DNA of 64,000 nt. Origin: Faecousia sp. (GTDB taxonomy: Bacteria > Bacillota > Clostridia > Oscillospirales > Oscillospiraceae). The stretch spans positions 84,366 through 148,365 of the forward strand of contig JAZRRS010000006.1 of assembly GCA_045651005.1 (NCBI GenBank), read 5' to 3'. A model generated the notes under the pieces. It searched no databases. It saw only the letters and a program-made list of their open reading frames with translations, and had not been told where the DNA came from. The position numbers and the translations under genes are program-made. Shown piece after piece: positions 1-9,565 of this stretch. The number at the start of each line of letters is the position of its first letter. Position 1 is the first letter of the stretch.

Positions 1-2671
1 TTCCGGTTTTGTAATCAACAACACGGAAGTATTGCCGTTCATCTTGATTCCAACTGTCAACACGATCCACTTTACCCCGGAGACACGCCGGCATAAGTGA
101 GCCGGAAACATCCACCGCAGGCACATCCGCACCCTCGTCAAAGTTCACCTCAATGCCAACCGGTTGGAAGAGAGAGTCCTGCAACTCTTCCCACAGTTCC
201 ATTACGATCAATTCCAGCTCATAGCCGTTTCGTTTGAACAAATAGTTCAGCCGCTGAGAATCCAACTCCGCAAAACGATTCTTCGCATATTCCTCCGAGT
301 GCCGTTTTGCAATTTTCAGCGTATCCTCCACAGACACGTTCCGGAAGCCACCTACAGACATAACCTCTCTGACTGTTTCCTCCAAAACTGCGTGAACATA
401 GGTTCCAAACTCTGCAGGATCCACCGAAACAGGCTTTCTCTCCCTTGCACGCAGACCATATTTCAGAAAATAGGACATTCGGCATTGCGCCTGTGTGTCG
501 ATCTGAGATGCCGACAGATTAAGTTTTGATCCGTACAGTTTTTTTACATTCTCTGCTGTCACACGCCCAATTGTATGCCGTGTTTGAGCCATCACCTTTG
601 CATACTGATCCTTGATCTGAAGCCGTGCTGCCGCAGCCGTATCACCCGATCGCACAAGCAACGCACTTGCCTCAAAGGAATCGCCCATCGCAGCACCCAA
701 CCGGAAAGAAGGGGTTGTTTCTCCTCCTGCCATTTCCGCCAAACGCTTGAAGACCACCGCAGGCTGTCCACTACAGTTGCTTATGGAAACCGTTTTCTCT
801 GCACCACAAAAAACACCGTAGATCTCTGCAAACTCCGCCTGTAGTCCTTCCAGCGCACCACCGGTCAGCGGTACACCCATTTGCCGCAGCTCTGTGCGCT
901 CCTGGTCCGAGAGGACTCCGTCGGAACCACCGTATGTCGGCAATGCGCCTTCCTGTGCGCCCAAAACCAATAAATGTTTACACTGCTGACAACGCATTGC
1001 ACTAACAGGTCCGACAGTAACAGCATCCAGTGTATGAGGAATCGTACCCACATCATACTGACTCAGCAGAAGCTTGAACAGTCGGGTAAAGCTTTCTGCG
1101 TCCCACACAGTGTCACCCAAAACATCATACATCTGTTCCAGTGCTGTCAGCAAAATATTCCAAAGCTGATCCAATATCTGCGCATCTGTGTTATTTCCCT
1201 GATTATCCATAACATCTGCCAGATCCTGCAGACGCTGACACAGAGATATGTCTGTGAAGAAATCATAGAGGGCACAGACCTGTTCCTTTACTTTTGCAGC
1301 TTCACGAAAGCGTTTCTGAAGCCGCACCAACGGTGCCATTCCCAACTCTCTGCTTTCATTCAGTGCAGAAAGGCGCTCTGTAGCATCATCATTTTCGCCC
1401 AATCCATCGGGGTGTGCTGTCCATTCCTTAAGCCAGCGATTTCCGGTAATACTCCACAGTACCGCATAGTCTTCCAGCCGATCGCAGCTTTCCATATCTA
1501 ACGGTGACAAGGCTGACTTGAAATAACGCAAAACATCTTCTTGATCAAATCCGTTCAGTGCAGCATCCATAGCCGTAAGAACAGTAGTTACCACAGATTT
1601 TTCAAGGATATCCTCCGTTCCCGATATGTAAATTGGAATATTACTGCGCCTGAAAAGCATTTCAAGGGTATCCCTATACGCAGACATTTCTGCACAGACT
1701 ATACTGATATCACGGTATCTCGCACCGTTTTGAATGAACTGATAAACTTCTTCTACCGCAGCTGCACACTCCTGGTGAATCGTATCGGTACGATACACCT
1801 TCAGACAGCTATCCTTCACTGAGGGCAAACTCCCTTGAAACAGCTTCTCTCGCAGGGGTGCAAGCGCATCCGCTCGGGGCGCAACCTGCCGAACATTCAC
1901 AGAAATACCTGTTTCTTTTGCAAAACGAATTAATTCAGCGGCTGTATCGCCTGCTTTCTCAAACGCCATTGCTTTTGATCCCGGTTTATCGCACACAAGG
2001 CATACAACAACATGGGGGGAAACCTGCATTAGGTGAAACAAAACCGCCATATGCTGACGTGTAAAGTCCGGAAAACCGTCCACATAGAATGTATGCTCTG
2101 CACCGAAGGTACTGTCCTCCAGCATTTCCAAAGCCCAGGTCATTTTATCCCGGGGATCTCGCTTTCCGTGACTGCACAATCCGTCATAGGTCTCCAAAAG
2201 CAAAGACAATTCCTCCAGCTTTTGAGCGAGACTGCCACTTGCCTGCCGTGATGCCGCCATCAGATCCTCAGAAGTTATGCAGCATCGTTTGAATTCATCC
2301 ACCGCATCCACAAGACTGGCAAGAAATTCCGGTCTGGTTTCCATAGACGCATAAGCCTTCAGCTTACTGTGCAAGCGACGGGCAGCTGCCGCCATTGCCA
2401 CAATTCGACCACCGTTATCCAGGCACTCCTGTGCCGCAAGACCGGCTGCATCAGAAACTCTGTCAGCAAGGCGCGAAAAGGAGAGGACCTCTGCAAAACG
2501 ACTACAGGTGTCACCTGCGGCCGCACACAGTCGCCTTTCTGTGTTGTGACTGATCAACTCCGGAACAATCAAAACACGATTCCCTTTTTCTTCCGTCACA
2601 TCACGGGCAATCATTTGCAGAACCTGCTCCCGTCCGGCTACCCAATCAGTACACAAAAGTAAGGTAAGCAT
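1..2671 (-). CDS. addB: ATP-dependent helicase/nuclease subunit B (AddB/RexB), 3' end beyond the left window edge
   Basis: Missed by the ORF track. Manual translation: ATG at 2671 behind AGGAAAGGGG; N-terminal LIVPELISHNTERRL...AEVLSFSRLADRV; LSASQIDTQAQCRMSYFLKYGL near 450-520; nuclease motif RGKVDRVD...YFRVVDYKTG at the left edge. Confidence 0.88.
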   Translation of the reverse strand, partial: MLTLLLCTDWVAGREQVLQMIARDVTEEKGNRVLIVPELISHNTERRLCAAAGDTCSRFAEVLSFSRLADRVSDAAGLAAQECLDNGGRIVAMAAAARRLHSKLKAYASMETRPEFLASLVDAVDEFKRCCITSEDLMAASRQASGSLAQKLEELSLLLETYDGLCSHGKRDPRDKMTWALEMLEDSTFGAEHTFYVDGFPDFTRQHMAVLFHLMQVSPHVVVCLVCDKPGSKAMAFEKAGDTAAELIRFAKETGISVNVRQVAPRADALAPLREKLFQGSLPSVKDSCLKVYRTDTIHQECAAAVEEVYQFIQNGARYRDISIVCAEMSAYRDTLEMLFRRSNIPIYISGTEDILEKSVVTTVLTAMDAALNGFDQEDVLRYFKSALSPLDMESCDRLEDYAVLWSITGNRWLKEWTAHPDGLGENDDATERLSALNESRELGMAPLVRLQKRFREAAKVKEQVCALYDFFTDISLCQRLQDLADVMDNQGNNTDAQILDQLWNILLTALEQMYDVLGDTVWDAESFTRLFKLLLSQYDVGTIPHTLDAVTVGPVSAMRCQQCKHLLVLGAQEGALPTYGGSDGVLSDQERTELRQMGVPLTGGALEGLQAEFAEIYGVFCGAEKTVSISNCSGQPAVVFKRLAEMAGGETTPSFRLGAAMGDSFEASALLVRSGDTAAAARLQIKDQYAKVMAQTRHTIGRVTAENVKKLYGSKLNLSASQIDTQAQCRMSYFLKYGLRARERKPVSVDPAEFGTYVHAVLEETVREVMSVGGFRNVSVEDTLKIAKRHSEEYAKNRFAELDSQRLNYLFKRNGYELELIVMELWEELQDSLFQPVGIEVNFDEGADVPAVDVSGSLMPACLRGKVDRVDSWNQDERQYFRVVDYKTG

Positions 2672-2738
2672 ATTATTACCCCTTTCCTCTGTCTTTGGAA
2701 TAATAATAACACAAATTGTGGGCAAATTATAGTACCAA

Positions 2739-3350
2739 TTACTGTCGATACAACATTTTTTCCAATTTCCCCACACAATCCAGCAAGAAGAACCTGATTT
2801 CGAAGTCCTTTGACTGCGTAAGACTTTCCGTCAAACCGGTATCAAAGCCAGCAGACACCGCCGTGCTGCGAAAACCCTTACTGGTGGTGGGCATACAAAG
2901 ATCAGGAAAAACCACGCACCACCAATTTTTTCCTTTGGCCTCACCGATATCAATCCGCAGAGTATCGTAAACACCTGCCGGCAGCCGGAAAGTATCATAA
3001 TTCCTGGTATCTGCACCCTCGCGAATCATATAGACCTTAACGGAATCAGCGCAATCTTTTGCGCAAAGTGTCGCTGTAGCCACCTCCTGTAGTAGCGGCA
3101 GATTGGAAGCGAGATATTCTCTTGCTTCACCAGCACTGGAAACATCCTTCATCTTATCTTTCAAGAAAGCATTAATAGCATCCCGAACTTCCATTTTGTG
3201 TTGCTGATCCTCCTCAGAATCCGTGGACGCTACCACACGAAGACGGATGATATTTTCACTAAGTTGACATTTATCCGCAAACACCATCCCCGTCAAAAAC
3301 AAGCAAAGTACAGCTACCGCTGACCAGACAAATCGAATTACTTTAGACAT
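2739..3350 (-). CDS. spoIIR: Stage II sporulation protein R
   Basis: Signal/TM segment, IRLRVVASTDSEEDQQHK, LPAGVYDTLRIDIGEAKGKNWWCVVFPDLC. Start placed at MSKVIR (3350). Lies next to ispE. Confidence 0.92.
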   Translation of the reverse strand: MSKVIRFVWSAVAVLCLFLTGMVFADKCQLSENIIRLRVVASTDSEEDQQHKMEVRDAINAFLKDKMKDVSSAGEAREYLASNLPLLQEVATATLCAKDCADSVKVYMIREGADTRNYDTFRLPAGVYDTLRIDIGEAKGKNWWCVVFPDLCMPTTSKGFRSTAVSAGFDTGLTESLTQSKDFEIRFFLLDCVGKLEKMLYRQ

Positions 3351-3408
3351 AAAAACACCGTCCATACTGAAATATTATCAGTATGGACGGTATTCGGAAA
3401 TTTTATAC
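3351..3408 (-). promoter_or_regulatory. Hairpin/terminator covering the spoIIR RBS, with an overlapping sigmaF/G-like promoter
   Basis: Perfect 14-bp inverted repeat ACCGTCCATACTGA/TCAGTATGGACGGT (3357-3391) followed by GTTTTT-ATG on the minus strand; GTATA-N15-GTCCATACTG at 3408-3379. Confidence 0.6.
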
Positions 3409-4269
3409 AGGTTTGGCAATAAAAACATTGGGATAGTTATCTTTTAACATATTACAGACAACCGCAGCAAACTCAAAATCCGGAACAATAGCGAATACCG
3501 CCGAGCCGGAGCCGGTCATTTGTTGACCCACAGAGCCGTAGCTGTTAAAAATAGATTTAATGTAGTTCAGTTCCAAGTGATCGGCAGTAACCACAGGATC
3601 AAACACATTGCAAAGGTTCTCTGCTACTTTACCCAAGTCACCTGCCAAAAGAGCACTTTCCATTGCACGGTTATCAGGACGCTTAGCGACCGCCGTTTCA
3701 TCCAATTTTTTATACAGCTCCGCAGTAGAACAAGAAAAATCGGGCTTGCAAACCACAAAAACACAATCCGGCATATCCGGCAGCTTACGAAGCCGTTCGC
3801 CCCTTCCCTCTACCATTGCAGTGCCGCAGACCGTGCAGAACGGAACATCGCTTCCCACAGCTGCGCCCAATTCCGCCAATGCAAAAACAGAAAAAGGATT
3901 ATCGTAGTGACGGTTCAGCGCACGTAGAACAGCCGCTGCATCCGCACTTCCGCCACCCAAACCGGCTTCGCTGGGAATGCGCTTTGTAATGCGGATCTCC
4001 AAACCATCAGGGTCTTTTCCTGTGGTTTCAAAAAAAACCTTTGCGGCTTTCCATGCAAGATTCCGTTCATCCGTAGGAATTCCTTCTTTTGTGCATTTGA
4101 GTGACCACGGCTTTCCCGTACCGATATCGATTTCAATATCATCACGGATTGAGATAGTCTGCATCACGCTCTGCAAATCATGGTAGCCATCTTCTCTTTT
4201 ACCGAGAACATCCAAAGTAAGATTCAGCTTTGCAAATGCACCTTCATACAATGTTGTCATAGCTTTCAT
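3403..4269 (-). CDS. ispE: 4-diphosphocytidyl-2-C-methyl-D-erythritol kinase
   Basis: AKLNLTLDVLGKREDGYHDL, IPSEAGLGGGSADAAA (GHMP kinase motif), GSDVPF, MTGSGSAVF. Confidence 0.97.
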   Translation of the reverse strand: MKAMTTLYEGAFAKLNLTLDVLGKREDGYHDLQSVMQTISIRDDIEIDIGTGKPWSLKCTKEGIPTDERNLAWKAAKVFFETTGKDPDGLEIRITKRIPSEAGLGGGSADAAAVLRALNRHYDNPFSVFALAELGAAVGSDVPFCTVCGTAMVEGRGERLRKLPDMPDCVFVVCKPDFSCSTAELYKKLDETAVAKRPDNRAMESALLAGDLGKVAENLCNVFDPVVTADHLELNYIKSIFNSYGSVGQQMTGSGSAVFAIVPDFEFAAVVCNMLKDNYPNVFIAKPV

Positions 4270-4409
4270 TCCTTTATTATTTTTCTGCGCTTATTATAGC
4301 CGAAGTCGACACTTTTTTCAATCATTAGTCAAAAAATATTGGATACGCATATTTTTTGTTTCACCGGGCAAGATAGGTATATCCAAATAACAATACCGGA
4401 GGTTAAATT

Positions 4410-4616
4410 ATGGATACTATCGCATTGATCCTTTCCATCATCGGCTCCTTGAACTGGGGCCTGGTTGGCATTTTCAAATTCGACCTTGTCGCCTGGCTCT
4501 TCGGTGGTCAGGGTGCCGTGTTCAGTCGGATTATTTACACCCTTGTAGGCCTGGCAGGTCTTTGGTGTATCAGCCTTCTGTTTCGCAGAGGCCGTGCCAG
4601 CTTCAACGCAGATTGA
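4410..4616 (+). CDS. DUF378 (YuzA-like) small membrane protein
   Basis: IIGSLNWGLVGIFKFDLVAWLFGG...SRIIYTLVGLAGLW signature; GGAGG RBS. Confidence 0.9.
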   Translation: MDTIALILSIIGSLNWGLVGIFKFDLVAWLFGGQGAVFSRIIYTLVGLAGLWCISLLFRRGRASFNAD

Positions 4617-4624
4617 TAAGAAAC

Positions 4625-4664
4625 GGTGCTGCCTCAGAATTTGTGAGGCAGCACCCGCTTTTTT
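4625..4664. terminator. Intrinsic terminator between convergent genes
   Basis: GGTGCTGCCTCA/TGAGGCAGCACC stem followed by a T-tract. Confidence 0.75.
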
Positions 4665-5940
4665 AATCTGTTTCCGTTTCTCCAGCTCTTACACGAACAA
4701 TGCACTGATAGAATTCTCCGTCAATATCCGTTGTTATCGTGGTATCGCCCACAGCAGCACCGGTAACCTCATTGCCGCTTACCGTGCATCTATCAGGATC
4801 AGACACCGTCCATGTCACTGTTACGGTCTCATTATCCTTATTTTTCAAAGTAAGTGTAAATTTCTCACCGACTACGATGGTTACATCCGTTGCACTGATT
4901 TTGTAATTTTTGTTTTCGGTCTCTATTTCTGTCTCAGTTTCTGTTTCCGCTTTATACTCACCAACAGAATCCGCACAGCGGACAATGCAGCTGACTTTTT
5001 TACCGCCATACTCGCCGTGGACCTGCGTCATACCCTTGCCTGTTGCTGTAACCACACCATTTTTAATCGTTACAACCTTTTCGTCATCTGTGGTCCAGGT
5101 AATCTTATCAGCAGCGATCTCACCGGAATAGAGCTTCCACGTGTCACCCTTGCCGGTCAACGTAAAGTCTTCACGGTTTAGCTTCAGTTCAAAGTTCTCA
5201 TCCACCTGCGTTGTAGGCTCTGTTGTTTCTTCTGTTTCATTTTCAAAAGTACAGACCACATCACACAAAGTAGCCTTATCGCCACAGATAACTGTAATCA
5301 CAGTTTCACCGCTTCCAACTGCAGTGATCTTACCACCGGCAGTGACTGTCGCAACATTTTCATCACCGGAGGTAAAGGTAATCTCATCCGTGGTGTCCTT
5401 GGGCATAGTGGTCACGTTCAGAAGATAGGATGCCCCTTTCTTCTCAAACTCCACTTTTTTCTTAGAGATCACAATATCTTCACAGGGAATCTCCAATTCA
5501 GTGGGTGCGGATGTATCTTCTGTCTGATGGGTCTGTTCTGTGGTCTGAGGAACATAAGGAACAGTCGGTTCCAGTCTGCCGATACCACCGTAGAACTGAC
5601 TCACAATGTAAATAACCGCTGCAATAATTGCCAGCGCCAATGCAATCACAGCAATAACCAACCCGGTATTTCCCTTTTCCTGGTTATCTTCCGCATATTC
5701 ATCCATATCCGGCTCATACTGACCGCTGGCCATTCTTTCTTTATTGCGTTTCCGCACGTTTGCTTTTGAGAATCTTCCGCCCTTCACATATGTATAGGTA
5801 TTGGTGGTCTGCTCTTCTTTCTTATCCGAACTGCCGGAAACAGTTGTTACATTGCCGGGTCGAACAGATCCACAGATTGGACACTGGGTAGCGGTTTCTG
5901 CATATGATGTGCCACAAACATCACAAATAATCTTGCTCAT
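4663..5940 (-). CDS. Membrane protein: N-terminal zinc ribbon, one TM helix, about three extracellular Ig-like (Big_2) domains
   Basis: CDVCG...CPICG; hydrophobic GLVIAVIALALAIIAAVIYIV; repeats such as ITFTSGDENVATVTAGGKITAVGSGETVITV. Confidence 0.8.
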   Translation of the reverse strand: MSKIICDVCGTSYAETATQCPICGSVRPGNVTTVSGSSDKKEEQTTNTYTYVKGGRFSKANVRKRNKERMASGQYEPDMDEYAEDNQEKGNTGLVIAVIALALAIIAAVIYIVSQFYGGIGRLEPTVPYVPQTTEQTHQTEDTSAPTELEIPCEDIVISKKKVEFEKKGASYLLNVTTMPKDTTDEITFTSGDENVATVTAGGKITAVGSGETVITVICGDKATLCDVVCTFENETEETTEPTTQVDENFELKLNREDFTLTGKGDTWKLYSGEIAADKITWTTDDEKVVTIKNGVVTATGKGMTQVHGEYGGKKVSCIVRCADSVGEYKAETETETEIETENKNYKISATDVTIVVGEKFTLTLKNKDNETVTVTWTVSDPDRCTVSGNEVTGAAVGDTTITTDIDGEFYQCIVRVRAGETETD

Positions 5941-6088
5941 AATATACCTCCTGTGATTATTAAACCATTGTCAACGTTTCTTCTTGCTGATTATATCATT
6001 TCTTGCTGAATAAAACAACCATAAAGATGTTGCTTTTTTTGTAAATTTATTTTATCATATACAGTGAACAAAGAAGGAGGCGATTATT

Positions 6089-9064
6089 GTGTCAGAACTA
6101 AAACTGATTTCGCCGATGCTTGACAATTTTGCAATGGGTGATCCTATCAGCGACCATAATGGTGTACGTTGCTGTCCCGCTATGGAAAATGATGCTGATA
6201 ACAGATACATAGTGAAGATCATTTCCAATCCTGCATCACAGGTCCAGCTGGATGCACTGCTGCTCAGCGGTGCCTACAGTGATAAGCAGGACGCCCTTAG
6301 CTATTTCAAATCGTTGGCATCCGGTATTACAGAGGAAGCTGAGATTTTGCAGAAGCTTTCTCAGCTTGAAGGATTTATTCCCTTTATCAAATGGCAGACC
6401 GTGCCAATGGAAGAAGACAACGGCTACGATGTATATCTTTTGAGTGCCTATCAATTGACGCTGCAAAAGTACCTTCGCAATCATCCTATGACCCATCTTG
6501 AGGCACTGAATCTGGGCCTTGATCTCTGTGCGGCACTTACAGTCTGTCGTCGTTCGGGTTATATCTATGTTGACTTGAAGCCCAACAATATTTACATCAC
6601 ACCCGAGCGAGGCTACCGCATCGGTGACCTTGGTTTTTTGAAGCTCAGCACTTTAAAATATGCTTCTCTTCCGGAACGTTACCGCAGCCAGTACACGGCA
6701 CCTGAGATTTCTGACGCATATGCGGCACCGAACACCACTATGGATATTTATGCCGCAGGTCTGATTCTCTACCAAGTATTTAATAACGGAACACTTCCCT
6801 TCACTGGTGATGCTGCGCCCCAGGAGTCCTTTGCTCCCCCTGCCTTCGCCGACTACGAAATGGCAGAGATCATCCTCAAGGCTTGTGCACCCGACCCTGC
6901 TGACCGTTGGCAGGATCCTGTGGATATGGGACAAGCCTTGGTGTCGTATATGCAGCGCAATGGTGCACATGACACTCCCATCACTCCTGTTGCAGAGGAA
7001 GAAGTGCCTGTTTCTGAGGACGAACAAGTCGGCACATTTGAATCAACAGATTCGCAGCCTGCTGATACAGAAGAATCTGCTGCTGATCAAGACGAAGCAG
7101 AACTCCCCGTTGACACCTCCTCAGAGGAGGCTGCTGAGCCGGTTGCTGAAGAAGCGATTTATTCAGAGGACGAGGAAGGCAATCTGACCTTCATCACCGA
7201 CGAAGAAGACGAAACGCTCCCCGGTGATGATGCGGAAGAAGAAATCACTTATACAGAAGTCTCCGAAGAAGTCTCTGATATGCTTGCACAAGCAGACGAG
7301 ATCATTGCACACCCGGCACCCGATCCTGTTGTTCAACCGGAAGCCATTGATGTTCCCATCCCTCCCCTGTCGGAACCGGAGTCCGAACCCGAATCTGAGA
7401 ATCCAGAAGAAACGCAGAAGGAAACCGAAACTGAGTGCGATGCAGAGGCCGCAACAGAATCTACAGCTACCGATTCAGAGGAAGCCACCGACACTGTCAC
7501 AGATGTCAGCGATGACGAGGAAGAAGAGGAAGCAATGCCTGTGAAGCGCAAGAGCCACTGGCTACGCAATTCTCTCTTGATTCTGTCTGCCTTGGCTCTC
7601 CTGGCGTTGGGTTTCCTGTTCTACAAGCATTATTATCTGCAGCCCATTGAAGCAATCGTCCTTGAAGAGAGTAGCAGCGGTGCACTCACCGTACTTGTTA
7701 CCAGCCCCATAAACGAAGAGAAGCTCTATGTTGTATGCTCCGACACCTACGGAAACAAGCACACTGCACCCGTAGAGAATGGCAAGGCAGTATTTGCTGA
7801 TCTGGCACCCAATTCTGCATACACGATCAAAGTAGCTGTCAGCGGTTTCCACAAGCTCACAGGCGACACAACCGCTGGATACACAACTCCCGTTCAGACA
7901 AACATCGTCCAATTCACTGCCGTTACCGGCACTGAGGACGGAAGTATCATTCTCAGCTTCGCCATTGACGGACCGGATGCAGATCAATGGTATATTTCCT
8001 ACACATCAGATAGCAATGAATTCAAAGAATCCATTTTCTCCGGACACACCCTGACATTGAACGGCTTTACCATCGGCAAAGAATATACTTTCTCCCTGCG
8101 TCCGGATGGTGATCAGCGCATTGGCGGTACTACCGAGGTCACTTATACTGCCAGTAAGATCATCAAAGCAACCAATCTGTCCATTACAGGCTTCTCCGAA
8201 AATACACTTACCGCTTCCTGGAGTGCCCCCGAGAACACAGAAGTGGATAGATGGACTGTGCGCTGCTATAACGACAACGGCTTTGACAATACCATTGTGA
8301 CTACTGAGTCCACCGCAAGCTTTGAGATCACAGATACCACCGCAAGCTATACAGTGGAAGTAACAGCAGCAGGTATGAGTGTCAACGAACGCATATTTGC
8401 TGCCGCCAACTCCCTGCTGGTAAACAGCTTCAAAGTGGACAAGGAAGATACCAACGCATTGACATTATCATGGAAATTGCCCGAAAATGTTCCACAAGAC
8501 GGCTGGACACTCAGCTACACCGTAGATGGCTCAGCCGCCAAGGAACTCTTTTTCTCCGGAAGCACCGCAACGCTTTCCCCGGTTGTCCCCGGTGCTAACT
8601 ATATATTCACCTTGAAACCCTCTGACGGTGGTGCTGTATTGGGTGGTGAACTCACCTATGCAGCAGCTGCTGCTCCTGCATTCTCTGCATACGGTGTTAA
8701 CTCCGAAACATTAGAATTCAGAATGTGCCGCCGCCCTTCCTTCACCGGATGGGATCGTTGGGATGTAAGTTCCTCTGACTACCGCACAGAGTTCGATGCA
8801 GGTGAAGAAGCCGCATTTGTCATCAAGCGTACAGTGGACTACGTCCACACTGAAGATCAAGTGGTAACACTGTTTGTGATCCGTGACGAAGCCGGTGCGG
8901 TAATAGATGCTGATGCAACCGAGTCTGAATACTGGTACGATATGTGGGTAAAGGGATATTGCGAACTGGATGTTCCCTCTATTCCTCAGACTCCCGGCAA
9001 GTACACAGTAGAGATTTACTTCAACGGTGCACTTGCTGCCGATGTTCCCTTTACTGTAAACTAA
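6089..9064 (+). CDS. Membrane Hanks-type Ser/Thr protein kinase with acidic linker, TM helix and FN3-like extracellular repeats
   Basis: YIVK, YVDLKPNNI, IGDLG, YTAPE, MDIYAAGLILY, DPADRW; TM LLILSALALLALGFLFY; FN3-like LTASWSAP...YTVEVTA; GTG start with AAGGAGG RBS. Confidence 0.82.
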   Translation: MSELKLISPMLDNFAMGDPISDHNGVRCCPAMENDADNRYIVKIISNPASQVQLDALLLSGAYSDKQDALSYFKSLASGITEEAEILQKLSQLEGFIPFIKWQTVPMEEDNGYDVYLLSAYQLTLQKYLRNHPMTHLEALNLGLDLCAALTVCRRSGYIYVDLKPNNIYITPERGYRIGDLGFLKLSTLKYASLPERYRSQYTAPEISDAYAAPNTTMDIYAAGLILYQVFNNGTLPFTGDAAPQESFAPPAFADYEMAEIILKACAPDPADRWQDPVDMGQALVSYMQRNGAHDTPITPVAEEEVPVSEDEQVGTFESTDSQPADTEESAADQDEAELPVDTSSEEAAEPVAEEAIYSEDEEGNLTFITDEEDETLPGDDAEEEITYTEVSEEVSDMLAQADEIIAHPAPDPVVQPEAIDVPIPPLSEPESEPESENPEETQKETETECDAEAATESTATDSEEATDTVTDVSDDEEEEEAMPVKRKSHWLRNSLLILSALALLALGFLFYKHYYLQPIEAIVLEESSSGALTVLVTSPINEEKLYVVCSDTYGNKHTAPVENGKAVFADLAPNSAYTIKVAVSGFHKLTGDTTAGYTTPVQTNIVQFTAVTGTEDGSIILSFAIDGPDADQWYISYTSDSNEFKESIFSGHTLTLNGFTIGKEYTFSLRPDGDQRIGGTTEVTYTASKIIKATNLSITGFSENTLTASWSAPENTEVDRWTVRCYNDNGFDNTIVTTESTASFEITDTTASYTVEVTAAGMSVNERIFAAANSLLVNSFKVDKEDTNALTLSWKLPENVPQDGWTLSYTVDGSAAKELFFSGSTATLSPVVPGANYIFTLKPSDGGAVLGGELTYAAAAAPAFSAYGVNSETLEFRMCRRPSFTGWDRWDVSSSDYRTEFDAGEEAAFVIKRTVDYVHTEDQVVTLFVIRDEAGAVIDADATESEYWYDMWVKGYCELDVPSIPQTPGKYTVEIYFNGALAADVPFTVN

Positions 9065-9073
9065 GCACAATAT

Positions 9074-9113
9074 AAGAACCTCCTGTACCCTACTTGTGGT
9101 ACAGGAGGTTCTT
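9074..9113. terminator. Bidirectional intrinsic terminator
   Basis: 16-bp stem AAGAACCTCCTGTACC/GGTACAGGAGGTTCTT between convergent genes. Confidence 0.8.
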
Positions 9114-9553
9114 TATATGACTTTGCATAATGTATTCATATTTGTGGTAACCGTCCCATCCAAAAGTCTGGCACTGTCACGAAGCACAAAAAAACCGCAT
9201 TTTTCATGGAGTCTTTGTGATGGGAGATTCTTCTTATCTACGTGAGAATAAATTCTATGGCAACCACGTCTTTCCAGAAGACCGATTACTTCCATAACAA
9301 GAGAATATCCGTAACCCTTCTGCCGTTCGTCGGGTGCAGTCTCTAATCCGGTCAAAAGAACACCATCCAAATATTTCTGAATACGCAGCACTGAGCAATA
9401 CTTCCCGTCAACGACCCACGCAGCACAAAAGGTATCCTTTTCTCCGAAAAAATCCACATAGAAATCATAGGAAGCTGCCGAAACAGGCTGCCCATAAACA
9501 GAATGAATTTTTTCTAAATCAAGCTGCTTGAAGGACTCTGTCAAAACCAACAT
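9113..9553 (-). CDS. GNAT family N-acetyltransferase
   Basis: LETAPDERQKGYG (acetyl-CoA motif A) and NLPSQRLHEKCGF. Exact start uncertain (9553-9565). Confidence 0.8.
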   Translation of the reverse strand: MLVLTESFKQLDLEKIHSVYGQPVSAASYDFYVDFFGEKDTFCAAWVVDGKYCSVLRIQKYLDGVLLTGLETAPDERQKGYGYSLVMEVIGLLERRGCHRIYSHVDKKNLPSQRLHEKCGFFVLRDSARLLDGTVTTNMNTLCKVI

Positions 9554-9565
9554 ACAGCACCTCAA

